Origin: Lytechinus pictus | Taxonomy: Eukaryota | NCBI RefSeq assembly: GCF_037042905.1 | Contig: NC_087251.1 | Span: 23,624,001-23,684,000, forward strand | Length of the DNA stretch: 60,000 nt | Direction: 5' to 3' | Shown: in pieces, positions 26,271 to 38,985 of the stretch | Layout: every line of letters starts with the position of its first letter | Position numbering within the stretch: position 1 is the first letter of the stretch | Program-made: the position numbers and the translations under genes | The notes under the pieces: model-generated | Seen by the model: the letters and a program-made list of their open reading frames with translations, nothing else | Database searches by the model: none | Told to the model about the DNA's origin: nothing

Positions 26271-26709
26271 TGTTGAAGTTCTTACTTCTTTTTCCTTTAA
26301 CAATAATATAAGGGATTTGTAAGACATTCATTATGATTATGGCATGGACAGCACCATTTTTTTTTGGGGGGAGGGGTCTTCCCCCCCCCCCCCCCCCCCT
26401 CTAAAAAAGGGGGGGGAAATAACACAATTCATTGTGTCAAGTCTCGACCACCTTTTGGCCTGTAGCTTTGTACTAGTACCTTTTCAAGGTTTTATGACAT
26501 TTTATCATGACTAGAACGTGGACGTGCTGCGCACTGCATCTGATCTTGGTTGCCAGCAATGCAAAGCTTTGGCTCCAAAATGCAAACTCGTTTGAAGATG
26601 GACAGTCAACCTGCCCGAAACGTTGAGTCTTCCCTCCCGCTTCTGCTCTACAACTCCACTCACTGACTCTCCATCTCGACCAGCCTCCTACCCAAGCTCT
26701 CCACTACTG

Positions 26710-26864
26710 GGTCTTGTTTCATAAAGGAATTACAACTTGTATTTTTGCCATTATGGCAACTACCATGGTAACCTTGATTCTGATTGGCTGATGAGCCCTG
26801 TTACCATGGTAGTTGCCATAATGGCAAAGCTACTACAGTTGTAAGTCCTTCATGAAACGAACCC
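26710..26864. mobile_element. PIF/Harbinger-like palindromic MITE
   Basis: Near-full-length inverted repeat, 3-bp TSD CTG. Confidence 0.7.
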
Positions 26865-27969
26865 CTGGTTTACATTCATTTTAAGGACTACACCCATTAT
26901 TTCTGAAAGATAATCTATTTTCTAACCTCTGCTTTCTTGCCTCTCCATGTCACTTCTACCTCTTTCCACCTTTATCTCAGTCCTTTCCAGGATTTTACAC
27001 ATGGTATGCCGTAAACCACTTCCACGGTTGTTCATACCACCATGCAGCGCACATGCGTGCAGTTTATTTATGATCTTGTCTTTATAGAAATTGCAGGCCA
27101 CATGGGGCTGAGATAATACTTGAGACATAAATTGTGATATTTTGTATTTCCATTTGTCTGATTCTGTATTGGTATTAAGGCTCTTAAATGTAGCATTAAA
27201 AGGTAACATGTTAATGAATCAAAGTATATAATGATCAATAACTTTATTCAAGTTTTTGAGAATCATTTTTTTTTATCTTGTTAGTGAAAAGTTTCCTTCT
27301 CAAAATGTTTGTATTGATGTGAATTCAATGCATTTTATTCCAGTGATATCAACATTTAATTTTATGAGACTCGCCCTTTAGCTTGTATACATATGTATCA
27401 TGAATTTGGTAAATTAAACTATTTTGCATCCTTCCTTTGCTGAAAGAAGTGTTGTACTGTTTCCTTATTTCATTGCAAACATTGGTTTTAGTGTTGAGTA
27501 ATAGATCGATGTCACAAAAGACTGGGTTTAAAGGGTACTTCAGGCTGAAAATAATATTTGATCAGATAGAGAAGAATTTGAAAAAACACTGAAAATTTCA
27601 TCAAAATCCGAGAAGAAATAACAAAGTTATGACATGACAATTTAAAGATTTGCATTATGTCTGTGCATGTATTTGTGAATATTCAATGAGCAAACTGATG
27701 AAGTCCTATCCCCTCTTTGTATTTTATTACATGAAATTAAGTTTTTTTTTTTTTCCTCCGATAGAAAATTATTGGATTGACTACTGATTTAATGCATTGG
27801 ATTTTCATTGATGCAACTTATTTTAAAGGACACATATCTTGCATGTATGAAACTTTGAAATAGATATGATTTCATGCATAAACATAACAAAAAGGAAAGT
27901 GTATGTAAATGTAAATATTCATACATATTCATAAATGTGAGAAATTGCGTCGATTGTGGTAGTATAAAG

Positions 27970-28073
27970 CAAAATACAAGGTGAATAAAACAAAACAACC
28001 GTAGAGAGACAAATTGAAGCCCTATGGGCGAAAATTTGTCTCTCTACATTTGTTTTATTCACCTTGTATTTTG
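27970..28073. repeat. Short hairpin/palindrome
   Basis: CAAAATACAAGGTGAATAAAACAAA..GTAGAGAGACAAATT and its reverse complement. Confidence 0.8.
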
Positions 28074-29576
28074 ATATAATAATTATGTTTGTCTGTCCTT
28101 ATTCTTCCTGATAAAAGTCAACTTCCTAACATATCATTAATACAGTACATTTCTTGTTAGTATTGCAGGTGTTTGAGGTTCTATCAATAGTATTGTAGGC
28201 TTCATAACAATGATTTCCCCAATTTCTCCCCCCCCCCCCTCTCTCACACACACACACTTTCTCTTCCACCATCTCAGTCGAATGTAATTTATTCCCCTTG
28301 CTTTACTCTCATTCACCCTTCTCTGTTAAAAGGGTTATATACAAATATCACAATCTCTCTTGTGCTTGAGACTTTATTAGGTCGTTTAAAAGATTTTAAT
28401 TAAAAACAACAGAAGGCAGTTTAGTTTGGTACTGTATATATTTTATTTTAGTACTCTGTAAGAATAGTTTCAGAACATTGAATAACATTTAATGATTTCA
28501 TTTGTGAATAAACACATACAACCTGCATGGACTAATGACGGCTTACTTTATATTTATTGACGGATTTCGGAGTCATGCAAATAATTTCATTGTCCAAATC
28601 AACGGAGACAAATCACTACCTTACACATCCATATTTAGGTGGAATGGAATGATAATGTATGTAATGTGTATTAAGCATAAATTTATTATAATAATTACAT
28701 ATGGCTATACATATAAACTGTGAAATCAATAGTGTTATGTACCAAAAGGAATTCGAATAGAGCATCAATTAATGTCCATTTAACAAGAGAACATGTACTA
28801 ACACCATTAATTTAACACATGTAAAGTACTTCATGGTGGACTATAATGATGTATGTAGGTCAAGTTTTCTCCCCCTCTGTCTTTGCAATGAAAATTTCAA
28901 ATACGAAACTATCTGGCCGTCAGCAAATCCTGAATTGAATAAGAGCTTGAGAAACATCTTTTATTGCCGGTAAAATGATTGTCTCTCAAGTTCTTAACCC
29001 CACTCGTTTTAGCTTTTTATTCACAAAACCTCATCGGGGTGCCAATATATTTTGGCGAGATAGTGCATTCACAATTTTCTTGAAGATGATAAAACGCAAG
29101 TTTATTTCGTTCATATAAACGCACGTTGTGACTTTTCGATCAAATTTATCATTTATCATTCTGAGATCTACGGAACAAAAAAACAATACAGACTGATTGA
29201 TACACTTAAAAAAATTCATCACTATGATTTACCTTTACCAAATCGATCAATATAGCTCAATTAGAATAAAAAGATATGTCAAATATGTACGTAGATCGAG
29301 TTTATAGATTGGGACGTTTAACAATACTTTAATACAGACCTACATTTTTGGCATCATTATATTGAATTATTAAAATGACATTGAAATGTAGAAGTCAAAG
29401 ATTTACATTTTGATTTGTTATTTTTTAAAGAAATGTATATACAAAGTTAAAATATAGATCGCACAGTCACATTTCAAACGAAAATGGGGCACTCGAGAAT
29501 AGTCATGGATATAGCTGTACACGACACTCGATTAATATAAAAGTTTTCAAAACCACTAGACACTTTGTTTTGTTAA

Positions 29577-29988
29577 AGGACAAGTCCACCCCAACAAAAA
29601 TTTGATTTCAATAAAAAGAGAGGGTCGTGGATTCGAATCCCAGCAATGGCGCAATTTCCTTCAGCAAGAAACTGATCCACACTGTGCTGCACTCAACTCA
29701 GGTGAGGTAAATGGTTACCGCTAGGAAGTAATTCCTTAAAAAACTGTGTGCGCTATGAACGCCTAGCTTAGCCGGGTAATATAGGAGCGCGCCTTGAGCA
29801 CCTAATAAGGTGGATATGTGCGCAATATAAATACCCTATATATTATATTATATCAATAAATAAGCAAAGCTTTAAAATGTCTTAACTTTCTTATTTTACA
29901 TCCGATTTTGATGAAATTTTAAGCGTTATACTAGTTTGATTTTTCTCTATTTATTCAAATCAACATTTTTCTGGGGTGGACTTGACCT
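29577..29988. mobile_element. Kolobok-like MITE, copy 3, internally deleted with a nested SINE
   Basis: Same termini, TTAA flanks; centre replaced by the SINE. Confidence 0.8.
29621..29852 (+). mobile_element. 5'-truncated tRNA-derived SINE
   Basis: B-box GGATTCGAATCCC, core CCTTCAGCAAG...CAGGTGAGGTAAATGGTTACC, TAT-rich tail. Confidence 0.75.
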
Positions 29989-30874
29989 TTAAGCATATAT
30001 TGGTGGGTGACTACAACAATATTGTGTTGTCACAATTCACGACAGATGCGTCAGTTGATTTTTGCAACGACTTCTTTGCATGATTTTTTTAAATATAATA
30101 ATTCACAAAAATTATCTCAAACTTGCTCAGAACAAAACACTCGCGGCGATTTCGGGGGGGGGGGGTCGGGGATGGTGATCGGTGCATGTGCGACACAAAC
30201 ATCTCCAAGCATAGATTGCTGTACGAAATTCTAAATTCGAGACCCATCTCCCCCCCCCCCCTCCTTAGATCGCCACCCATGCTCTTATAATTTACTAAAT
30301 ATTGACAAGTTTATTAGCCAGGTCTAAACTTTATCTTCTCACCGCGGTGTTGAACTTCAATGAATCACACATTCAACTAAATAACTTCATTATATATCTG
30401 AATAATGAATACAAATCCACCTTCAAAAATAATTGTATAGAAATAGAAAATAAATTAATACATGAAATACATATTTCAATATCATAAGTGGCAAGATTGT
30501 ACAAAGAATGAGAATGAGCTAAACAGTTCCCGTTCCAATGTTCGCATAATGCGTGGTATTTCTCAATGAAAATGAAATTGAATACACGCAAAATAATATA
30601 TAACATGCCGAATGTGGATTTCCGATGAATGAACTGGACGATTTCAGGCTCCAAAATATATTTGATCGCAAATGAAATGTTGGTTTCACTTTGCAATTAA
30701 ATACAGCACATTTGAAAACAAATTAATAATTAAAAAATGAATAATAATAGTAACTGTCACGTTCAGATATAAGGTTTCACAAGCAATCATCCTGGAATTG
30801 TTGAACATTCACTGATCACCATGGTATTTGTCTCTAGTCGGTCCAACATTGTAGGTCGCTGTCCTTTGCAATCC

Positions 30875-30888
30875 TCACTGAGGAAGAT
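30875..30888 (-). CDS. Death-fold adaptor, probable terminal coding exon (…PG-DLPQ*)
   Basis: Acceptor ttcttgatatctaatag| at 30889/30888. The phase-1 join gives D-L-P-Q-stop; total CDS 993 nt (330 aa). Confidence 0.5.
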
Positions 30889-31174
30889 CTATTAGATATC
30901 AAGAATAAAACATTTTAGTTTTTGATTTTTTCCCCTCTTTGTTCATCGACTTTTCTTCAACGAGGGAAATCAGATCAGAACAGATTTTGTCCAGTTGTCT
31001 ATTTTACATCTCAGCCCAATATAAGCTAAAGAAAACTTTTATTTTAAATGCGATGAAATTCCCTGACCAGAGATGGTTGACATGTCAATGTTCTAATTGC
31101 TCAATCGCTATTCTAATATGACAATAATATGATGCTATTATTATTTGAAAAAAAAAAGCACTTGAAAATGTCGA

Positions 31175-32131
31175 CAGTGCGTATGAAAAAAAAGTTTACA
31201 CTTTGAAAAATCCCTGGGAATTACAAAATATAGAACATATTGGGCTTGGGTCTCATCTATCCAATGAAAGTAAAAGTTTTGACAGAATGTTACACTTGAG
31301 CGAGCACTGTCCATTTTTGTAAAGCTCGCAGAAATCTGTTTGCGCAGAAATGCTCGTTTTCACGCTGTGTCAAGGGGAAAGGGCGAAATCAAACTTACCC
31401 TGCGAAACGTTTCTCATACATTTCCCTTGCACTTTTAGTCAATTAAAATAAAACGGATACATTTAAGCATTTTGTAACAATTTTGCAACCCTAATTCAAA
31501 TTTCAACACTTAGTAAGCACAACCTTTACCCTTTTTGTACCAGCTGGATCTGAGGACATAACTGAATCTAAACAAAAGTTTATATCAGAAATCTCCAGCA
31601 TTTTTTCACTAAGTTTTTATCATTTAAAGTGGGTTTACATTTTATTACTTGTTTCTCCACACTTTTCCCAAGCTTGACAATTATGATTAAAAAATGAAAA
31701 TCAAGCCTAAGCCATTTCATGTAAATCACAGCTCAGTGTAAAGCAAATATCGTCACGATGGCCTATAGGAGTGTGCGGGAGTGGGGTGGGGCGCAATGCA
31801 CTCTTCGAAGTTTTTTGGGGGTAAGAAAACATGTCAAAAAGGTAAAATATATCTTCAAATCAATTTTACTAGCTAAATTCCATGTTTTCTTCATGATTAA
31901 GGTCTACTTTTATTCGCATAACTATTTCAAAGTTCTGCGCAAATCATTTTTCACTAACTTTTCAAAAGTAAGTGGTGCTCACTCAAGCGGAAATATATTT
32001 CGACAGTTATATCGTCATTTGCTTAAATGTATTTGTACCAATGTTAAAATGTGGAAAATCTTCAGGATATTACAAATGTATATTTTTACAGGATTTTTTT
32101 CTAAGTGTAAACATTTTTTTTATACGCACTG
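31175..32131. mobile_element. Non-autonomous Tc1/mariner-type element (CAGTGCGTAT termini)
   Basis: CAGTGCGTATGAAAAAAAAGTTTACACTT ... AAGTGTAAACATTTTTTTTATACGCACTG|TA. Confidence 0.8.
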
Positions 32132-32933
32132 TAGATTATGACGGCATGCAATATTTACACAGCATTATGACCAAAAAGATACAAATAGTTTTGTTCTAAT
32201 TGTTTTTTTTTTCATTGTCAGTTTCCTTTAATAAGAATTTAATTTTTAAGATGCATACCATTGTTGATAATAGGATTAGAAATTTTAGTCTAAAATTTTT
32301 GAACGAGATTTTACCCTCTAAAGATAGATCTAAACATCCATATAAGTGGCGTGTTTTAAATGTTTCAGGAAGTTTACCTCTTTTCATTTCATACTCCATT
32401 GTAAACATGTTCGATCATTTTGGAAGAAAGAAATTGGTATTTCAAGATTATTATTCTATATAGATGGAATGATGTTAAATTGTACATAGTAACAAAATAT
32501 AGCACGTTGTTTAAGCCTGTCACTCTATAACAACGAGTTGTTTAAATTTGTTAGTAATTGTTTAATCTTTTTAAACAACTTGTTTAAAAAGTTTAAACAG
32601 TAGTTGTTAGACTGACGGGCTTAAACAACGCACTTAAAACCTTAAACAGCGTTTTTACAATGTGAGGTATGATTTGTAAATCTCCATTTCTGATATATGT
32701 TTAATCTTTAATATAATGCAAAGTCTTTATTGGTAGATATCAAGCTTACTATGATTGTTTATTTGGAAAGTTTTTGTAGACGTAACAAATCAAATTTGGG
32801 CATTATTTGGAAAAAGTGTGATTTTTTTACATTACATTTTTAAATTGAACTTTGAACTTTTACTGATTATATTTAAAATCAATGATATCGTGAATAAATA
32901 CCTCGATCTGCAACAGAAAAAAGAACTACATAC

Positions 32934-33093
32934 CCCCGGGTACATCGATCGGTAGTTGTTCTAGAATAAAGTCACTGGTGTCCGGTGAGCAGTAAGGACT
33001 CGATTTCATTAAATCTAGTAGTTTCCCGATCGTTGCATCTTTACCATTACGTTGACGCCACTCATGTAACATGGCGAATATTTCGTCATCCAT
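32934..33093 (-). CDS. Death-fold adaptor, coding exon 4: C-half of death domain 2
   Basis: MDDEIFAMLHEWRQRNGKDATIGKLLDLMK matches the typical DD motif ML..W....G..AT...L. Acceptor atacag| (phase 0), donor GGG|gtatgt (phase 1). Confidence 0.8.
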
Positions 33094-33168
33094 CTGTATA
33101 TTTAATTTGAAAAAAAAAATGAAATATGAAATGTTCGGATGAAGATCACTGTGATCACCCACAGTATA

Positions 33169-33806
33169 GAGTTGAGGTCAGAAGTTTACATACACCCTGG
33201 AAATTGAAAGAAAAGTTGACACTGGCCAAACATCATAAAATTTACTGTATCTTAAAAAATACTTGTGCTATCATGACGAATTTGATATCAAACAAATGAG
33301 TATTTAATGCCCCTTCATCACATTGCTTTGTCATCAGAAGCTGGAAAATATTTAGGTGTCATTTTTTCCCTAAAATCTTTATATTTTAGAAAAATAAAAA
33401 ATAAAAACTTGACAAAAATATTTCATATTTGTGCTAGTTACTTCTCAACACAAACCTTTCAGATTACACCTTTTTTGTTCAGTGGTGACGTATCATGATA
33501 GAAAATGTTATTTAAATCATAGATTTGACATTTATATATTTATATGAAACGATGTTTGAAATAAACAATGGAATACATTTGGCACGAATATTACTTTTTT
33601 TCTTCAAAGAAAATTCCACCTGAAATATACTTTAATCTCAATGGCATCCCAATCATGTGAAAGTGCTTAATACGCTCTTTCATTTGATACCAAATTTGTG
33701 TTTGTAGTATTTATATTTCTGAAGATATAGTGAATTTTACGATTTTTGGCAAGCGAACAAATTTCACTGAATTCCATGGGTGTATGTAAACTTTTGGCCT
33801 CAACTG
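33169..33806. mobile_element. Non-autonomous Tc1-like element with Sleeping-Beauty-like termini
   Basis: TIR (C/G)AGTTGAGG(T/C)CA(G/A)AAGTTTACATACACCC at both ends, in a TA context; no ORF. Confidence 0.85.
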
Positions 33807-33818
33807 TGTATATATATA

Positions 33819-35482
33819 CACTGTTGGTCATAAATGTGGAATAAAATATTTTTGAATAAAAATCGACAGTTTTGTTGGTATTTGAAAGGCTACGCGTAGA
33901 CAAAATGGTAATTGAGTGATTACATAATGTTTCCCCATTACACAGGTGACATTATAACATGAGAAATTTGGATTACGTAATAAATTATTTTGTTGTAGAC
34001 TATAAAAGCCTATGCATATGATATTCTGTCCCTTTCCCTGATTTAGCACTGTGTATAAGAAGGTTGCATTTTTTTCGAGTTCCTTGTACCGTTTGAAATA
34101 AAAATCGGTAGAGACGTTCCCTGGACTATGCCTGGTCCAACGGCAACAGCAACAAGCGAGAGAGTGGTAGCACTGCGACAGGAGGGCTACAAGCAGACTG
34201 ATACCGCAGAAGTCCTAGGGATATCACAGAGTGCAGTCTCTAAGATCCTGAAACGTCAACGTGAGGCGGGGAATGTGCGGCCACGGAAATCTCCAGGACG
34301 TCCCAGATTGACCACAAGAAGAGATGATCGCCAACTGTTGAATTTCAGCCGCAGAAACCGGAAATTGCCCACGAGCCGTCTCCGTCGCTTGTGGAGGAGA
34401 TATCATGGGATCAACGTTTCCCGGTCAACCGTTAATCGCAGATTGCTCCAACATGGTTACCGAGCACGACGGTTGACCAAATGTTCACGCCTGTCTGTTC
34501 ACCTCAGAGTAGCTCGTCTTCTTTTGGCTAGGGAGCACAGAAGGCTTCATCCAGGACATTGGCAACATGTGGTCTTCACGGACGAGAGCCGGTTCATCCT
34601 TGACCGAAAGGATGGGAGACAACGAGTTCGTCGATTAGCCGGGGAAAACCTTTGTGATGAATGTATCCACGAGACGACTCAAGTCGGAGGCGGCTCAGTG
34701 ATGATATGGGCCGGCATCCATTATGGAGGGAAAACGCCAATGGTGGTTCCGGACGGAAACGTCAACGCCGCCGCCTACAGGGATATCTTGGAGTTCCACT
34801 GTCTTCCATATGCAAGACGAGTGTATGTGAACAATTTCCGACTGCAGGATGACAACGCTAGACCGCAAAGGGCCGCTGCAGTATAAAGGAATTCCTGGAG
34901 GCAGAGGGCGTCGTACAGTTGCCATGGCCAGCTTGTTCGCCGGATATGAACCCCATAGAGCATGCATGGGATGCCCTAGGCCGAGCCATCAACGACAGAG
35001 AGGTCATTCCTCAAAATCTGCAGGAGTTGGCAGATGCTCTGAGGGAAGAATGGGACGCTATGCCTGTTGACGTCATCAACAAGCTAGTGGACAGCATGTA
35101 ACGACGTCTGCATGCGCTGGTTCGTGCCAGGGGTGGACATACCCGATACTAGTGACTGAGTAAGAACAATGACTCAAGTTTGATGCAAATTTGTCCATGA
35201 AATCCCCCAAAAAAGTCATCTGGAAAACTGAGAGAGATTGAAAATAAATATCTCATGATCCTTTAATTTACTGTATATTGTCGTCAGTGTTGTTCTATGC
35301 TCATGACATCCATCGCTTAGGACATAAACTTGTAAAATATCACTGTCAAACGTGTGTAAAAGGCAGAATTATAAAGTAAAGTGGTTATCATGCACCATAA
35401 ATGCCATATTCAAATCATGTTGTAATAATTAAGCTGAGAAAATTTGGTGAAAAAAAATATTCCACCTTTATGACCAACAGTG
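33819..35482 (+). mobile_element. Full-length Tc1-family (DD34E) DNA transposon, inactivated
   Basis: 25-bp TIR CACTGTTGGTCATAAA(T/G)GTGGAATA at both ends, TA on both flanks, internal transposase. Confidence 0.95.
34128..35152 (+). pseudogene. Tc1 transposase pseudogene
   Basis: HTH N-terminus, GRPR motif, VVFTDESRF, LQDDNARP, WPACSPDMNPIEHAW and C-terminal ARGGHTRY*. Frameshift at ~34884 and premature TAA at 35099-35101. Confidence 0.95.
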
Positions 35483-35488
35483 TATATA

Positions 35489-36840
35489 CAGTGCGTATCA
35501 AAAAAACGGGACAGTTTTGAAAAGTATATATTTTTTTTTCTTCAAATTATTACATCTATATTTTGATGTTGATAGATGCTCTGAGGTGTTATCTTTGAAA
35601 TGCAATTTAAAAAAAAAATTTGTTCATGCTTGAGCGAACATGGGACGTTTTTGTCGGGGGTTCAAAAAGAGGCTTGCGCCAAAATGGCAGAAATGAGAAA
35701 TTTGATGATTAGACTTTTGGCTAATCAGCAGACTTCCTCTTAATATTTTCATTGTCTTTGCCGTGATTTTCAAATTATGCTGTCAAATTTCGTTTACAAA
35801 TCTATTTATTTACCTGAATTATTTTGTTTTTCATTTAAACTTCTTTTATCTTTGAATTTTCCTTCAAAAGTAAGAAAAGAAGACTTTTTGTCAACCCAAG
35901 TAAGAAGATTTGCATTATTAATTGGGAGAATTTGTAATTATTCAAATCCTGTTATTATGTGAAACAAATTATGTTCTGGTACCTATATATAAAAGACATG
36001 AATCCTATTTTCAAGGGGTTATTGAATTCTTCACCAAGTTTATGTGCTTGACAGGACAATCAGGAAAGGATCCATGTCTTTCAACGGCAATGATGTATTG
36101 AGTCAATTTTGAAGGAGCAAGATATGGCAGATCGGGTAAAATGTATTAAAAAGTTGTGAAGCCATCAAGCAAAAATTTCAACTTTTTTATTAAAATATAA
36201 AATTTTTGTGATTTTGACATATTATTCAGAAATTGATATCATATTTCACTTTCTATGTTTTCTGTTATTTTCCTTTCCACTTTTATTTTCTTGGTCATGA
36301 TTTCTTTTTAGGGGGGAGCACCCCAAGCCCCCATCAATCAGTATGCCACTGTTCAAAGGAATCATAACCTTCAAATGACACAATCAAAGGATTTGAAGAA
36401 AAAAACACGCTCTCCCATACTTCGTTTTTAAAAAATTTGTTCTTGCCTAAAGAAGGAATATTAAAAGCTAAAAGAGAACATATCAAAAAGGAACAACAGA
36501 ACAATTCAAGCAAATAATTCGATTTGGAAATGAATTTTGACCGCATAATTCGAAAATTATGGCGAAGATAATATAAAGGTTAAGAGGAAGTCTGCTGATT
36601 AGCAAGAGGTCCAACCATCATATTTATTATTTTATGCCATTTTGGCGCAAGCCTCCTTTTTAACCCCAGACAAAAACATTCCGTGTTCGCTCAAGCATGA
36701 ACGAAACTAAATTATTTTAATGGCATTTGAAGGATAATACTTCAGAGCACCTATTGACACCAAAATATAGAGATCATAATTTGAAACAAAAATTTTATAG
36801 ACTTTTCAAATCTGTCCCGTTTTTTTTTTTATACGCACTG
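35489..36840. mobile_element. Non-autonomous Tc1/mariner-type element with long (~350 bp) imperfect TIRs
   Basis: TA|CAGTGCGTAT...ATACGCACTG|TA; inverted similarity extends several hundred bp inward. Confidence 0.85.
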
Positions 36841-37057
36841 TATATATATACATATACACCGAAATAATTGGTCCTTTAATCGTGTAATGATTATAATGCT
36901 GGTGATACTGATAATAACAAATTTGAAAATTCCATAAATTCTTTATTCTTCACCCGATTTGGATGAAATATTAAGTTCTTTTGCTTGTTTAAACCAATTA
37001 TTAAAATTATATAATTTTCAGCCTGTCGCAGCCTGTCGTACCCTGTAAAGTACTTAC

Positions 37058-37236
37058 GCATGATCTTCTGTTTTTAAAACGATCAATGTCATTCTTTGAC
37101 ATGCCTAGATGTTGAATGCCGAAGTGGGACCATCTTTCACCCATTCTCCCAGCTAACCCACTGAGAATCTTGTCTGAAATAATGGAAGATCTGCTGAGAG
37201 GACTTTTATCTTCAGGTGATGAATTGTTTCCGTCTC
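37058..37236 (-). CDS. Death-fold adaptor, coding exon 3: N-half of death domain 2
   Basis: ISDKILSGLAGRMGERWSHFGIQHLGMSKNDIDRFK. Acceptor ttaaag| (phase 1), donor TGC|gtaagt (phase 0). Confidence 0.8.
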
Positions 37237-38335
37237 CTTTAAGGTATAATTTTAAAGAAAAATCAAGTACATTAGGTACCCAATATTTACAATATGAAGG
37301 CGCAACAAAAGATGAAAAACAATGACGTATCTGAGAAAAAATGGCAGCTGGGACCTTGAAGAAAGTGCTCTCCTTTTCATTGCACCCCAAAATCACATCA
37401 TGATGGCGGGGGCAAATGTGCAGATCATGTCCCTTCCAAATATAACGACAGTAACTATTTTATTGCTCTTGCCCCCTCCCCCTTTGTAGTGGCGCCCGCG
37501 TGGCACGAACAACCTTGAGATAATTATATACTGATAAAACGAATATACCATCCGCCAGAGGCGTCGATCATTGGGGGGCAGGGGGGCAATCGCCCCTCCA
37601 ATGAAAATATTGGAGGGCAAACATAACGTTTTGCCCCCCCCCCCCAATAATTCCGGATGTGCACAAATAAAATAAGATAGTAATGTTACTCAGAAATCGG
37701 CAAGCGAGATTGACATACACAACTCATTCTTTATTTAAAATCGTGCTAAAATTGTCCGCTTTTCAGACTCAGCTGGAATATAAAATTTTTCACACACTCA
37801 CTAAGTACCACCGTTGTATTCTAAACTTTGAATGAAGACCATGCCAGAAGGATATTTAAGAAGTTAGTATTACAGAAAAAGTGTACAAAACTCTGGTCAA
37901 AATAAACACCCCCTCAGTCATGAATAAGTATGATCAGATGTATCATTTTGTTGATCGAGGCTGTATCAAAATAAGTCCGAACATAACAATAATTAAGTGG
38001 GTGCTTAGTTTGGATACGATGCAATATCAAAGGAGAGTAGACAGAGAGATTTCATTGCTGAATCGGGAAGCCCCACTGGCAATTAACTCGAAGATCAGGT
38101 GTCAAGCAAAGCAAGCGAAAAAAAAGGTCCACATTTTTTTTTGGGTTGTTGTTGTTGCATTATCATGACACCGGAAATTATGGCATGTACATTACTTCAT
38201 TAAATCGACCAGAAATTGAATATAACTCCATGATGTAAAAAAAAAAGGATTACTATAAAAACATACAATTTTGATAACATGAGGGGAGTACTGGCCCCTA
38301 AAAGATAATCATTCAGTCCACCAGGATAAACTCAC

Positions 38336-38680
38336 CTAAACCATGTACAAAGGCATTCACCAGATGTGCCTCTTTCAATGCTTGGTGAAGTTTTTGCCGT
38401 TGTTCTCGTTCTGGTACATCTTTTCTCCAATGGAATAGCAAATCAAGAGTTTCTCCATGTTCCATTATCGTTTCAATCTTTGGAAGAGGTATACCAAGGA
38501 ATATACCAAGGCGACGAACACAATCTGGTGAGATGTTATCCGAGAGGTTTAAGAGTTCTATATCCGTCACCCTACCTGTATCACTTGGAGAATCGGAAGA
38601 TGGTAAAGAGCCGTCTAAGCTGGTTTCATTCCTCCGCGGTGTAGACATCATGGTGTCCTTATTAACTTGATTATTATTCA
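38336..38680 (-). CDS. Death-fold adaptor, coding exon 2: linker + death domain 1
   Basis: VTDIELLNLSDNISPDCVRRLGIFLGIPLPKIETI...LDLLFHWRK...QRQKLHQALKEAHL fits the death-domain pattern. Acceptor tttgtag| and donor TTAG|gtgagt, phase 1-1. Confidence 0.8.
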
Positions 38681-38985
38681 CTACAAATTCAGAAGAAAAA
38701 AAACATGGTAGGATTGGATAATGCACAGTTGTTCATCTCGGGTTCGACTCGAGTATGCCTTTGTATCAAACATTTCATCAAACAGAACTTATTAAAGTAT
38801 ACATAAAAACCTAATAATTTGGTCGAGTTTAGTGGTCCAGTGTATACTTTTAAATCAAGAGGTTCCGATCAAATCATTTTAAGTATTTCGGCCCACTGGA
38901 TATTGATAAAATCTACATACAATGTAGAGAGCGCCGTTTTCATTGCAATGGGGAAAGTAGACCTACAGCAATAACATCAACATAC

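Noticed and set aside
29621..29660. tRNA gene
   Set aside because: Only a B-box/T-arm followed by a SINE core and tail; no cloverleaf
30787..30888. Longer phase-0 reading of the last death-fold exon (IFLSEDCK...IPG*)
   Set aside because: The preceding donor is phase 1, which gives DLPQ*
30876..30906. CTGAGGA-AGATC...GATATC resembling a hammerhead core
   Set aside because: No GAAA after stem II and no stem I; it coincides with a splice acceptor on the other strand
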